Assembly (NCBI RefSeq): GCF_902459465.1
Contig: NC_047066.1
Location: 11,098,001 to 11,162,000, forward strand
Length of the DNA stretch: 64,000 nucleotides
Origin: Asterias rubens
Taxonomy: Eukaryota
Reading direction: 5' to 3'
Position 1 is the stretch's first letter. Each line of letters starts with the position of its first letter. Below are positions 49,056 through 61,737 of the stretch, piece by piece. Below the pieces are notes generated by a model, which worked only from the letters and a program-made list of their open reading frames with translations, did not search any database and was not told the DNA's origin. The translations under genes were made by a program, and so were the position numbers.

Positions 49056-50429
49056 TAATGTAAGATCGACCCAAACAAAGCTAAATGTCACTCTTGTTAG
49101 GGCTACAAGAAGAAAATATGTCAGTAGGATTTGAAAAATACAGATTAGAGAAATATCCACATCACTTTGAGAATAAATAAGGGAATCATCGTGTAGTTTT
49201 TCAACTAGTGGTTTAATCCCAACGAGGCCTGGTTCTTGATAACTTACCGAGACAAAGTCGAGGTAAATTATTAAGAACCAGGCCTCGGCGGGTTTAAACC
49301 ACTAGTTGAAAACCGATTCAACACACTTTGATTCCCATTCATAAATACCTTTTCGGTCAAAAACATCATCACTTTTTGGTCAAATAGTAAAATAAATGCA
49401 AAAATTATAATTGTTAAATGATTTCTTTCAACACAACACCCCTCCAGCTATGATATAGTAGAGCCCTCCGCTGCCCTCGCGTAAACAACTCCTTATAAGG
49501 GAATGCTGTGGGCGTCGCGCGTATCGCGTGATGTGGCACAACTGTTTCACCTGTTGCTCTCGACCAATAGGAATGAAGAAACTGTCTTATAAATACAGGT
49601 GCAAGGTCGCGTGTCACGCTCATGAATTAACACTTTTTACCGGTCATTAACAAAAGGTTTATGCACACCCACATGACGCGCTCTCTACCAATAGGAGTAG
49701 AGAAACTGTCTGGGGTATTTATGAATAAATATTTACAGCTATATAAAGTGTTTAGAAAAAAATGTATGCTACAGCAATACACTGGTGGCAAACACCATCT
49801 GCTTATATACACTGCAAAGTCACCTGTTTCATTAATTTGGGGAACTACATACAGCATGTATCAACTTTTGTTTTACAAAATGACTTGTTCCAACATTGCG
49901 TGCATCATATGTTGCCTGAACAGAAAACCGCACACACAAGTCATCAGTGTGTACAGGTCCACCCACTGACTTCAATTTAAATCAACTCGATCAACAATTG
50001 TTTCCATATTGGTGAAAAAGGGAGAATAATAAATAAATTAAATATTTAAGTCAAAGAAACTCAAGAACAGGTCAAGATAATGGAAATTAAATTAAAGAAT
50101 TATAATGTAATGGATTACCGCAGCAAGAAAGGCTTGTTTGTTCCCAATATTTACTTTTATGGCGCACAGGCAAATTGATTGACTTTTTTCATACCCTGAA
50201 ACATTCAATGTGCAGTGTTTGAAAAAGATTTCAACTGACAGATATGCAAGTCTTTACCTGCCAATGCCTGCTGTCAATGCGTCAAATAAAAAATAAATAA
50301 AAACTAGACATTAGGTGTTTGTGAACAAACACAAAGCTGTTCCGTGTTCTTTTGCTTTGATTATGTGTTAACATTACCAAGGAGTCTATAACTGACAAAA
50401 AGTTTGAAAATACTGTACAGTGTCTTGAG

Positions 50430-50890
50430 TTACGGTGCCACTTCATGGGGTCACGGTAAACTAAGGCTAATCTCTAACGCCCAAGGAGGCTGTAACTGAA
50501 AAAAGTTAGAAAATCGGTTGTGTAGTTCTTGAGATATGGTGCCACTTCTGGTTGACCCGGAAGTAGAGGTCAACTTGGGGTCATGGATTTTCAAAGTTTA
50601 TTTTTAATACCTTAGGAGGATAAAACTGAACAAACAGGATTGAAAATCGGTTGTATAGTACTTGGCGTATGGTCCCACTTCCGGTTCACCCGACGTAGAG
50701 GCCAACATGGGGTCACGAGTTTTCACAGTCAATATTAATGTCAAGGAGTCTGTAAGTGAAAACAAATTGAAAATCGGTTGAGTAGTTCTTGAGATATGGT
50801 CCCACTTCCGGTTGACCCGGAAGTAGAGGTCAAATTGAGGTCACGGTTTTTCCAAATTTTTCTCCTATCCCCAAGGAGTCTTATAACTAC
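50430..50890. repeat. ~125-bp tandem array (about 4 units) inside the HINE
   Basis: gaaaatcggttg.gtagttcttgagatatggt.ccacttc.ggttgacccggaagtagagg recurs. Confidence 0.85.
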
Positions 50891-50894
50891 AAAC

Positions 50895-51150
50895 AGTCGA
50901 CATTCTTAAAGAAGAATGTCGTCTTCCTGTGATAATTTATCTCGGAATGTCGACATCCTAAAAGTAGGATGTCGTCTTCCTGTGATAATTTATCTCGGGA
51001 TGTCGACATCCTAAAAGTAGGATGTCGTCTTGCTGTGATAATTTATCTCGGTATGTCGACATCCTAAACGTCAGTTGTCATCTTCCTGTGATAATTTATC
51101 TCGGGAAGTCGACATTCTAAAAGAAGAGGGTCGTCTTCCTGTGATAATTA
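50895..51150. repeat. ~57-bp tandem array (about 5 units) inside the HINE
   Basis: gtcgacatcctaaaagtaggatgtcgtcttcctgtgataatttatctcgg. Confidence 0.9.
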
Positions 51151-51689
51151 ACAATATTTATAATATTCATGGTCATAAACTACGTTAAACTAAAATAATG
51201 GACGAAACAAAATGTCCCACGTAAAACTCCATAAGGTTTGGAACATAATGGTCCCGCAAGTTCAAATACACGCGAGACTTGCTTAGTCTACACAGAAGGT
51301 AATAAATAATTTATTACAAGCAAATGCAATCGTACAATAATAGAAAACAAAAACTAAAAATCAATGCAAAACACATGTAGGGAATGGAGGGGCCCATAAA
51401 AAGCAAACCTTAACGAGTACGGACCCCCTCCCCCCTTTTTTCTAACGAAGAAAGCAATGTAAGCAATTCTATTTAGTGGGTGTAATCTTATGTAGCGGCA
51501 AAACAATTCAAAACTACAGGAAGAACAAACACAAAAACAGTTCGCGTAAAATAAAACTTAACCATATATTTAAATGAAACAGATAAACAAAATACCCAAA
51601 ATAAATACTAGAGAAATTGGGCCCCACAACTCTTGCTGGGAAAAAAATCCATGTCGAAATATACCCGTGTTATCCATTAGAGACGTTTT

Positions 51690-52060
51690 GTAGTCACCTT
51701 GGTTGGGGAGCGAGGACGATTGCACTTTTGGTAATGTCATGTTAAACTCCGGTTCCATGTTGTGCTGTCTGTTACCCTCAACGCATAGATTTTCTTGTGA
51801 ATAGTAGCTGTGTATGATTCATGGTTCGCTGAATAATTTGGCGATAACAAACTTTTATCCTTTTGATCACCATCAGCCCCATGTATAATAAACCTTGAAC
51901 GGCTGACGATTGCACTTTTGGTATTGTCATTGTTAAACTCCGGTTCCATTGTGTGCTGTCTGTTACCCTCCACACATAGATTTTCTTGTGAATATTAGCT
52001 GTGTATGATTCATGGTTCGCTGAATAATGTGGCAATAACAAACTTTTATCATTTTGAACT
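51690..52060. repeat. ~190-bp tandem duplication inside the HINE
   Basis: gacgattgcacttttggta.tgtcat.gttaaactccggttccat.ttgtgctgtctgttaccctc occurs twice. Confidence 0.85.
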
Positions 52061-52711
52061 GAATGCTTGATTTATTGTCTAGAGGTAAGTGCTTGAGGCC
52101 AGTAAGAGTATTGTGCACGTACACCATGTAGTTTTTGTTGGAAACCGTTTGCTAACAGCCATTTATGTTACCCTTTGAAATAAAATCAGAAAATTTATAA
52201 GTCTGCTTGTTGCATAAAATTAAATTGAAGATGATGCCTTAATTGATTTTTACAATCAGAGTTGGACTCTAGACTGACGTGTTGGACTCCTTGAACACTC
52301 CAAGTGGTTCAATAGGTAGTGCAATTCCAATACTTATGCTGATGTTCTCATGATGTCAGCATCAACAGGAAGTTCCAACAACTTTGTCCCCTTGTTCAAT
52401 TAAATATGCAAATATGGGTCACGTGGTTCACTAATTACGATTTTTAATTTTTTTTTGGGGTCGGTGGTTTGATGTTTGATCTAGTACAAGTTGATTTCAC
52501 AGAACTCTTAACCACCATACTCTGCGCTTATGATCACCATTTTTCGCTTACTGTGTTTTTAAACATCATCGTGTCATGCATGCACACAGGTTATGTTGGG
52601 CTAACATTTGAGAAAAAGAAAAGGCAACACTATCGATATAAAGACAAGAATCAAACTTAAATATTACAAAAAGAAATATATTTTTAGTTTTGGGTGATAC
52701 ACAAATATTGA

Positions 52712-52784
52712 TTTCGGACGGAGATTCGAACTCGCAATTCTCAGATGTGTAGTCGCGACTGATGACCACTAGGCTAGAAGGGCA
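52712..52784 (-). mobile_element. tRNA-like SINE head inside the large HINE
   Basis: Minus strand gcccttctagcctagtggtc...gagttcgaatctcc; A/B boxes but no sound acceptor stem. Confidence 0.5.
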
Positions 52785-54903
52785 CGATGTATAAATGGTC
52801 GGTTTTTACATGTGTGCATCAACAGAGGGGATTATGATCCGGCGAAATAATTCTCGTTTCATGATTTTGCGACCATTGTCACTAAATATGAACTGCTAAC
52901 GCCTATAACTATTAAGTAGGGTTGAAATGTAGTATTAGATGCCTTAAGGGGTTTTTTGACGACGACGTCGATGTCGTCAAAAACCCCTATCTAATTACGC
53001 ACGTTCGTTTTAACGAAAACCCATGCACAGAGAAATTGGTCCAGAACGCGGTTAGAAAAACAAAGACAAATTTAACGCACGTTCTAACGAAAATCCTAAA
53101 CCTCCGTACGTTGTGCGTGTACAGAGTAATGTGTCCAGAACGCAGGTAGGAAACAAAATAGTATAGACTCCTCTCAAGAAGTAAACAACTCATCGAGGTA
53201 TATACTGTGTTGTATTACCGAAGAGAATGTTTCACAATAACATGAAAGTGACTGCATCAAGTTTACAAATTAAAAATTCAAATGAAGACCACGTGGTTAA
53301 TTAATTAAGAATGTTAACACTTTTTTATTAGAGTAAAGCTTATGTTCTAAGCTTCAATTTGATATATGATTTAACTCTTTTATCCTTATACTTTAGGAGA
53401 CGGAGCCTGAACAAAAATGCTGTACAAACGCAATGGGGTTTTAGGCAGAAACAAAGAATAATAATAATAATAAAAATAATAAAAATCTCGACGAAAACAA
53501 TACCTGTTCCGACGGTAGGTCGGAACAGCTAAAAATTAGGTTGTGAAAATCTCAGATTGGTATAAAATGGTTGGATAACAATTAATGTAATTGGCATTCT
53601 ACTGGTTGCCGCAAAACACAATAATAATAATAATCACAAAGAGAAATGTCAGTGGCCGTGCCCAGGCCTGTCCATACAGAACTACGGTTTAGTCTTTATG
53701 CAAGAACACAAGCCAAACGTGAAAAGTACAGGTGTATACAAAAGTACAGGTGCATACATGTACACGTAATGGAGACCGTGCTGGGTTCAATTATGTGTTT
53801 TCCATTCACAACGAGAAGGAAATAATAGCACCAAGATACCCAACAAGTTCACACAAATGTCAACAACCATTGTGGAATAAGTAAGCCTGGCTGATTTCAA
53901 TAAAGCGAAAGAGGCGATAACAACAGAGGCGAAACACACGCTGTGGGATGCCTGTTTTGTCAACTTAGAAAATGGCTGCCTGCGTCCATGCCCGGTCGCT
54001 CATATAGGTCAGTGCGCCCTCTAGTTCTTATATATAAACTCTATATGCAAGGATCATTAATGCATTGAGCATTTCCATGCGAGATACGACATCGTTGCAC
54101 CGATGCAACAAATTCAACCGGAGTAAGATTCATCAACCTACACATGTTTTTAAACAATCTGCCAGTATTAATTTTGCAGTAATTTTGTGGACATTGCGTG
54201 CTCATGGTCCCATTGCCGTGGTGAAACAACGGAAATGAGATTGTGTGTATGCATAACTTAGCCCCTACAGGGTAGTACTTAGAATTTGTGATTACTATAT
54301 GGAATGGTTCAACTCGCCAGAGTGTGAAGTTTATAAATTCATTTTAAAATAAAATGTTGATTTTGAAAACAAATTTTACATTTTTTCCCGGTTTCTATTT
54401 GTGACAATACCCACTGTGTGATTATTTAAAAACTCAGTTTTTGCAGTGTATGAAAATGGTGAATTTAGTGTTCATTTCAAATTGTTAATAATTAATTACT
54501 TACTTTTACTATAATTGGTATATGTTACTAATAAATAGGGACACTTTGGAGAACAGTTCTTTGACAACTGGTGGGCAACCCTAGTTGAACCAAGACAACA
54601 CTATATAATTAAGTAAACACGAGCCTTGTAATTGCACCATTTTGCTTTCAACCAATTAATCAACCAATCAATCAATCTATCAGTCAATCAATCAATCAAC
54701 ATTTACTTCCATACAAAACATACGTTTATAAACAATTTGATTTTACAAAACTGAAACTGTATGGAGGCATGACCCATTAAAAGCAAATACTTGTAGGCTG
54801 GGATGCCTTGGTATTAAACTGCTTTCACCTGTTCAATGCACTGCTTCATACAGTGCTCTATGTATAAATGATAGGTACTATATAGGAGGAACGTGAGTGC
54901 AAG

Positions 54904-55295
54904 TTAAAGGATTTGGATACTTTTTGTAACACAAAACCCAATGTCCACAGATTTAAATTAAACTTACACCGTTTGAAGATAATGATAGTAGAAAGCATAC
55001 CTTAAAATGTTAGTTGCTGAGGTGCTGCAGTTTTTGAGAAATGAGTAAAACAATTTGTCATGAAAATACGTTTTTACATGCTAAAATAATTTTCATCTCA
55101 TGATTACTGAGATGAAAATTATTTTCATGACATTGTTTTACTCATTTCTCAAAAACTACAGCACCTCAGCAACTAATATTTTCAGGGAAGCTTTCTACCA
55201 TCATCATCTTCAAACGGTAACAATAAATGTAAATTTAGTGTAAATCTGTAGACATTTTGTTTTTTTGTCATACAAAAAGTACATAGACCCTTTAA
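54904..55295. mobile_element. TTAA-flanked foldback MITE with ~190 bp imperfect inverted arms
   Basis: gttgctgaggtgctgcagtttttgagaaatgagtaaaacaat mirrored by attgttttactcatttctcaaaaactacagcacctcagcaac. Confidence 0.78.
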
Positions 55296-55855
55296 ACAGA
55301 GTGAATGATTAAAGTAAAGTCCTACTGTACAGGTAAAAGGTAACTGCTCTATAATTCGACACCCTCAGTTCCTACAACAACATTCAGAGGGGAAAAGCAT
55401 CATGGTTTAAATGTTAGGGTTGGGATTATGAAGTTACATCATGTACACAGGAGGTGTTGAAACAAAGGGGTGACGGAACATAGGGGTGTTACATATTTAT
55501 GCACAAGAAAGAATTGTACACAAAAGATAAACTGGTATTTTTCAGGGGTAGCTTTATATCAGGGGAGCAATAACTTAGGTTTGCTAAGCTTCCTTTTGTG
55601 CGGTACAAAGATTGACGAAACTCGGACCACAGCTCCAGTATGCAACTACGAAGAATCTTCTTGTTTGAACATTTAAAAAGTTAATATTTGTATTTGTCCT
55701 TAATGTAGGCCTATATTATGCCGGCTTAATGAGCATGTATTGTTTTTTTTGTTTTTTTCTTTTTTCTTATCCTTTATTGTTGGGTAAACACCTGCGATGA
55801 AACAGTTTAATTTGTATTCTTGGTAATACTAATTACCAATAGTGTCCACAGCCTT

Positions 55856-56246
55856 TAAAAAGGCTGTGGACACTATTGGTAATTAGTCCCCAAAAAATGT
55901 TAGCATAAAAACTTACTTGGTAACAAGCACCAGAGAGCTGTTGATAGTATAACACATTGTCAGAAATGGCTCTCTCTCTGAATTTCAAGAAAGAATAAAT
56001 TTTCCACTAAAATATTTGAATTTGATTTCAAGACCTCAGAATTAGATTTTGAGGTTCCGAAATCAAGCATCTGAAAGCACACAACTACATGTGACAAGGG
56101 TGTTTTTTTCTTCCATTATAAGTCTGGCAACTTTGACAATCAATTGAATCAAATTTTCACAGGTTTGTTATTTTGTGCACATGTTGAGATACACCAAGTG
56201 AGAAGACTGGTCTTTGAAAACTACCAATAGTGTCCAGTGTCTCTAA
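55856..56246. mobile_element. Kolobok-type MITE family A whose left end is mirrored by an inverted copy (55828-55855)
   Basis: Family homology; 28-bp perfect inverted arms. Confidence 0.8.
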
Positions 56247-56934
56247 CAGGAAGCTGGGTGACACTTTGTTTGCCTTTGAAACAGAATGAAAAAACAATCA
56301 GTGTAAAAAATTAAGTGTTGTTTCTGGGTAAACACCTTTGGAATAAAACAATTTAATTTTGGTTACTTCTTTTAGAAGAGGGAGGGCTGGACAAACAATC
56401 AGTGCAAACATTAAAGTGTGACATCCATTACTTCGTCCATTCTGTCTTCAGAAATACCACCGTTAGTAAGTAACTCAAGAGTCTCAGGACTCTCAGTGAC
56501 ACGAACAGACAGCCTTTTTGGTCACAGTTCTGGACTTTACCCGCCCCTTCTAATGGCTTTCGATGAATGATTGTATTTACAGAGCTCTACTTCGGTGGTG
56601 CGGCTAAATTTCTATTTGTGTGCACCTGTATCCTGCTTATAAATAGAGGAATATATAACCACAGTGTTCAGGATCTTATCTTATCTGCACGAACTAGTTT
56701 GACCTAAAATTAGAGCAGCAATTTGAAAGCGATAAATGTGCTCCATTTCTTTTCTATTTATGCTGATAATTGACATCAAAGGTCATGGAGTATATATGTA
56801 CGTAACACAAATCTAAATCAACAACAAGTGATGTTTTACAAGCAAGCTACATGTATCAGTCACTTGAAAGGTATGAGAGCTTCATTTTGTTAAAGCAGCT
56901 GTTCAATACACAGGTTTTGAAATTCTCAACTAGC

Positions 56935-58041
56935 ATGGGAGTAGCTATGGCATCGACTGAGTGCGATAAGACTTTTAACATCACCGAAGAGGAAGTTTGG
57001 GAGTGGCTTTACACCTCAGCAGAGGAGGTCCTTATTACTGCCGTGATACCAATTATCTCTTGTATTGGCTTTATCTGCAATTCACTGTTTCTACTCGTTA
57101 TCTGCTGCAATCATACCATGAGCTCGGCAACTAATATTTACTTAGCTCACCTGGCCCTTGCCGATCTGTCTTTCCTCTGTTTGTCTGCCCTGCATCATAT
57201 CTTGAGGTACAGCGCTTCACCATTGTCATATGATCATTTCTTCAAGAACTCGGCTGAGTGCGTTATGTTTTTCATAATTATCAACACTGCATACTTCGGA
57301 TCCATTGCTTTGGTTACCATGGTGACAGTTGAAAGATACCTTTCGCTCTGCCACCCTGTGAGACATCTTGCAATCCGCAGTCGACAGCGAACCAATAGAA
57401 TAGTTGCAACATGCTGGCTGGTGGGGTTTGTGCTTTCGGTGCTGACCGTACCACGAATTGCTGTACATAACATTCGTTGCCTACATTGGCCTTCTGATAA
57501 GGAAACTTACCAAAAACTCCCGTTAACATATTCTACTTGTCGTGCTGTCAAGCCATGGGTAGCTTACTACACAGGACCATTGCTTAACTTTCCTTGGTTG
57601 CTAGCGATGATTGCTAGTAGCTACATGTACGTCCGAATCATACAGTTGCTGCACAAGCGCAGAAATACCAATAGCACAATGCAGGCTGCTCGGACAACTA
57701 TGCGGAACCAAGTTGCGAAAATGCTGATCGTGAACGGTGTGGTATTTTTCTTTTGCCAGATACCATACAGCATTCTAAGTCTGACTGGATGGATTTGCTT
57801 GATAGCCCAGGTTCCCAATCCGTTATACGCTGCTTCAATTGAGAAACAATTAGAATGGATTGCTATTGTCGCTCAGTTGATCAACAACAGTGTCAATCCA
57901 GTGATCTATGGAGTGATGAGCCCACATTACCGATCTGCATTCTTAAAACTGTTTAAATTTCAATTCAAAAACCAATGCAGACGGCGCCAAGTTCCAAAAA
58001 GCCTGACAACAGACCACAGTACCCAAGAAACAAGATTGTGA
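56935..58041 (+). CDS. Intronless class A GPCR, copy 7 (~364-368 aa; start at 56935 or 56947; ORF-track start 56851 is probably too long)
   Basis: LALADL, ERY, FFFCQIP, NPVIY; N-terminal C...NITEE shared with paralogs. Confidence 0.95.
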   Translation: MGVAMASTECDKTFNITEEEVWEWLYTSAEEVLITAVIPIISCIGFICNSLFLLVICCNHTMSSATNIYLAHLALADLSFLCLSALHHILRYSASPLSYDHFFKNSAECVMFFIIINTAYFGSIALVTMVTVERYLSLCHPVRHLAIRSRQRTNRIVATCWLVGFVLSVLTVPRIAVHNIRCLHWPSDKETYQKLPLTYSTCRAVKPWVAYYTGPLLNFPWLLAMIASSYMYVRIIQLLHKRRNTNSTMQAARTTMRNQVAKMLIVNGVVFFFCQIPYSILSLTGWICLIAQVPNPLYAASIEKQLEWIAIVAQLINNSVNPVIYGVMSPHYRSAFLKLFKFQFKNQCRRRQVPKSLTTDHSTQETRL

Positions 58042-59234
58042 ACCGACCATCTTTTTTTTCGATCTTTTTCTTTTTTTCCGACAGGGTCATTGGGCCGGAT
58101 AAATAAAAACTAGCAATTACTTATCAAGTTTAAAGGTTCAGCATTAGCAAGAAGACTGAAAAGTAAAATATCAGGCATGAACATTTTGCTCGCTGGATTA
58201 CCTTTCACTTATAGACATATAAATAAAAACGACATTTTACTAACATACTGTAGCAATTACTTGTATTTTTACAAGCTACTGCATGAGGAGCTTGAGATTT
58301 TACTTACACAACAGTGTTGCATATAATGGTTCGGTATCGCGTCAGTATTAAAGGGTTATTTTTCCCTTGGCCTAATGATCCAACTATAAATGTTACTTAC
58401 AAATTTGTTGTGTACTTTAATTGTTCTAAAAGAACCAATCTCTGGAGCTCTGGCGTGGAGAGGCTGGCTGTTTCCTCATCAAAAACTTGACTAAGTGGAA
58501 ACTGCCCCGCCTGCATTTCAGTTAATATATTGATCTATGAGTCCATGCCTCTATTGTTATACTTCTGAATACCCCGCTATTGTGCTTTTCTCTGACCACT
58601 TACTAATCCGTTCAAGTAAATGGTGTTTTTCCAGTAAAAGGTTATTTATAGAGATTTGAGCAAATTCTCATGCCTGATCTTAAACTTATCGACATTTTGT
58701 TAATGCTGGCCTTTACACGGCCCAGTATCTTGTGAAACTATCAGGTAATAGTAAAATGTCGGTTTTATTTACACCTCAATAAGAAGAGTCCCTCAAGCAT
58801 TGATTTTACCTACTAGTTTGACCAATTACTAGCAATATTAAGGCTTACTTTTATTTATAAGGATTTAAGTAAAAGACTAGTAAAAGCAAATGCTAGTTTT
58901 TATTTATCTGGCCCACTGAAACACTGAAATACTAAAATCTTGACACAAATTGGAAATTAGAGATCTTTCCGGACTAAATTGAGCTTCAAATTTAAGTTTT
59001 TGTTGAGTATTGTTTTATGTTTTCTAGAATTATGGTCCATACAGGTACAATCTGCAATATACCTGCAACATAACATTAGAAGCCTGATGGCGTTCCGGCA
59101 AGTATGCTTTTAGACCAGCTCTAAGGAGATTACACAGTACATTTCCTTTTTGATCAAATTTTGATATGAAGAAATAAGGAGGCACATCACACTATGTATT
59201 TGTTTAACTCTTGAATTTACACGTATGTGAATAC

Positions 59235-59604
59235 TAAGCTTGGGCGATATCGATTTTATTTTATTCACGATATATCGCCGACAATATATCGCGATATTCG
59301 ATATAAACGCGATTAATGAAATTTGACATCATCAGTCTTAAAACTCCAAGTGAAAGTTGTAGAAGAGACAGTCCTAGCATAAGAGAGGTGTTCTAATGAC
59401 CTATTCTTCTGGTTTTACTCCAAACCTATGGGGTGCAAGATGTCTCAGCTAGCAAATACATCGCGATATTTACTCGATATATCGATACATCGCGATTATC
59501 GCGATATATCAATATTGCGATTAAAACCAAATCCATCCGATATCGAAATCGTGTCCAAATTAATATCGCGATATTCGATAATATCGTGATATCGCCCAAG
59601 CTTC
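59235..59604. mobile_element. hAT-type MITE rich in cgatat motifs
   Basis: TIR aagcttgggcgatatc/gatatcgcccaagctt; 8-bp TSD gtgaatac/gtggatac (7 of 8 match). Confidence 0.75.
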
Positions 59605-60113
59605 GTGGATACTATTATACAAAAATGTTAAATTTTACATTATGATCAGTGAAGTATCTTGCTGCTGCCAGGATGTGGCAGTAGGCCTACAATATCATCC
59701 AGAAATCATTCAAAATCTACCGATTTGAGTTCTAAAACGGATCCAAATTCCCAGCTGACTCAAAAAGTTGAATTTTGAAGTGCACTCGGTCTCCTAAGCA
59801 GTATAAATCTATCATATAGTTTTCCAATGACAAGGAACACTTTAGGGCTACCATGACCGCTTTAGAAAACAAAAACGACTTCTACCAAGTATATTGAAAC
59901 CAAGTTTTCAATTTGCAACAGAAAAGTTAATAACGAGCCAATAAATTGTTATAATTGCATTTAAACAAAGTTTTGAAGTGAGTTTATGGAGGCGTTAAAT
60001 TTTTGTTGTTGCACTATGTGACTGCTTCGAGTTAGCAATGAAAGAAGAACATCTGCAACTTTCCTTTTACTTCTTATCAATTGTTTTGGTGAAAAGGTTG
60101 TTGGGACGACTTA

Positions 60114-60293
60114 AGCCCGATTCATACTTCCTGCGAATGCGAATGCAATACAAATGTTAACGTCACAAATTCGCAACGAAATTCGCACTGAGTTGACTTG
60201 AGCGCAACTCACTTGCCAATATCGCTGCAAAAGGAGGGTCGTGACGTCTACATGTAGTTCGCATTCGCATTCTCAGGCAGTATGAACCGGGCT
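60114..60293. mobile_element. Palindromic PIF/Harbinger-type MITE (TTA TSD); other copies at 1-99 (partial) and 17390-17545
   Basis: tta|agcccgattcatacttc...gtatgaaccgggct|tta. Confidence 0.7.
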
Positions 60294-60353
60294 TTATGTC
60301 ACTTAAAAATGAAACTGAACTTATGTGTGTGTCGTGTTGTATACAATATGGTA

Positions 60354-60736
60354 TTAAAGACAGTGGACTATTGGTAATTGTCATAGACTAGCCTTCACAG
60401 TTGGTGTATCTCAACATATGCATAAAATAACAAACCTGTGAAAATTTGAGCTCAATCGGTCATTGAAGTTGCGAGATAATAATGAAAGAATGAAAAAACC
60501 TTGTCACACGAAGTTGTGTGCGTTTAGATGGTTGATTTCGAGACCTCAAGTTCTAAATCTGAGGTCTCGAAATCAAATTCGGAAAATTACTTCTTTCTCG
60601 AAAACTATGGCACTTCAGAGGGAGCCGTTTCTCACAATGTTTTATACCATCAACCTCTCCCCATTACTCGTCACCAAGAAAGGTTTTATGCCAAATATTA
60701 TTTTGAGTAATTGCCAAAAGTGTCCACTGCCTTTAA
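60354..60736. mobile_element. Kolobok-type MITE family A
   Basis: TIRs + TTAA. Confidence 0.85.
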
Positions 60737-61078
60737 AGGTTAAAACAATACATTTAATGCAGTCGAGTATTTGGTTTCGTCTCTTTGATAATCACTCCTA
60801 ACTTTAATGGCATACACACGTATGTAACCCTTTTGGTTTAAACAGCCTACAGCAGCTTTCGATATGTACAAAGCATTTTGAGAAGTAGTGCGGTTATGTG
60901 TTTTAGGCCCAAAAAATTTAACCTGAGAAATGTTTTTATACTGCCACAAACGTTTGTCAGGTTGTGTATTCCAATTACACTATTCTTCCTGCGTGGACAT
61001 AACCGCTCCGGATTTTCAGCAATATCTAAACGAGTTAATGCAATCACCTATTGAAATGATTTGTTCATAGGTTGATTT

Positions 61079-61614
61079 ATTAGCAGTTTCGTAGCGAAGC
61101 GCAGCGAAACAGCTCTTGTTTTTGTTGAAGTTTTTTTTAGCTGTTTCGTAGCAAAGCGCAGCGAAACAGCTCTTGTTTTTGTTAAATTTTTTTTGTTTAT
61201 TTTTATTTTTTATTTGTCATCTTCATATGTGTGAAGTTTCAAATCAATGACATCATTGGGGGTCACGTGACGCAGCCTTAAAGGTGTACTTTTTGAACTA
61301 ATATAACTCCCGAAGTAATCATGCGATCATGTTGAAACTTGGTAGGTTGTTGGATATTGGCAAGTTCTTGTGAAATGTGAAATGACGTCATGATGACGTC
61401 ATCACATGATTTTTTATGATTTTTTCCATTTTTGCACCTCTAAGTCATAAAATGCTATCTGAACATGGTATAATCCAAATTATTTATTTAAATAGGCTGG
61501 ATTGGTCATAACTATTTTGATTCAAAGAGAATTTCAAATTAAGTGCAAACAATAATTTGAAAATTTTATTTACGAAACAGCTCTGCATTTGTGCACAAAT
61601 GCAATTATGTCTAG
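61079..61614 (+). mobile_element. HINE-like element with tandemly duplicated 5' terminus
   Basis: 12-bp subTIR agctgtttcgta (61139)/tacgaaacagct (61571); palindrome tgcatttgtgcacaaatgca, then atgtCTAG. Confidence 0.65.
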
Positions 61615-61737
61615 CTGTATTTGCATAGCATAATTAAAACAACCGATTGTTTCCAAATCCACAGTTTACCTTTAATGTATTGCAGTTTTTAGAATTCAGT
61701 GCATACGTGCACTGCTCTCATCATGTTTTGAATGAAT

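Larger units (their letters stand above)
50304..53533 (-). mobile_element. Helentron-associated non-autonomous element (HINE/DINE-1-like), ~3.2 kb, with internal tandem arrays
   Basis: 10-bp subterminal IRs agctgttccg (50336)/cggaacagct (53521); 5' hairpin + (taa)n; 3' stem-loop gtgtttgt..acaaacac then CTAG. Continuity of the middle part is inferred. Confidence 0.62.

Noticed and set aside
12758-51150. CRISPR-like appearance of tandem arrays (12.8 kb, 43 kb, 50.9 kb)
   Set aside because: No unique spacers, no cas genes, and a eukaryotic intron-rich context
52712-52784. Possible tRNA gene (also ~990-1050, 7570-7630, 17165-17230)
   Set aside because: A/B boxes present but acceptor and anticodon stems do not pair, and most run into repeat bodies; SINE heads
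23650-58041. Assigning a named ortholog such as TRHR or NMUR
   Set aside because: Ligand-determining residues are not recognisable and tandem paralogy argues against one-to-one orthology
58380-58800. Possible upstream DEPDC5 exon (minus-strand IDQYIN resembles KDQYIG)
   Set aside because: In-frame stop follows immediately and there is no wider similarity
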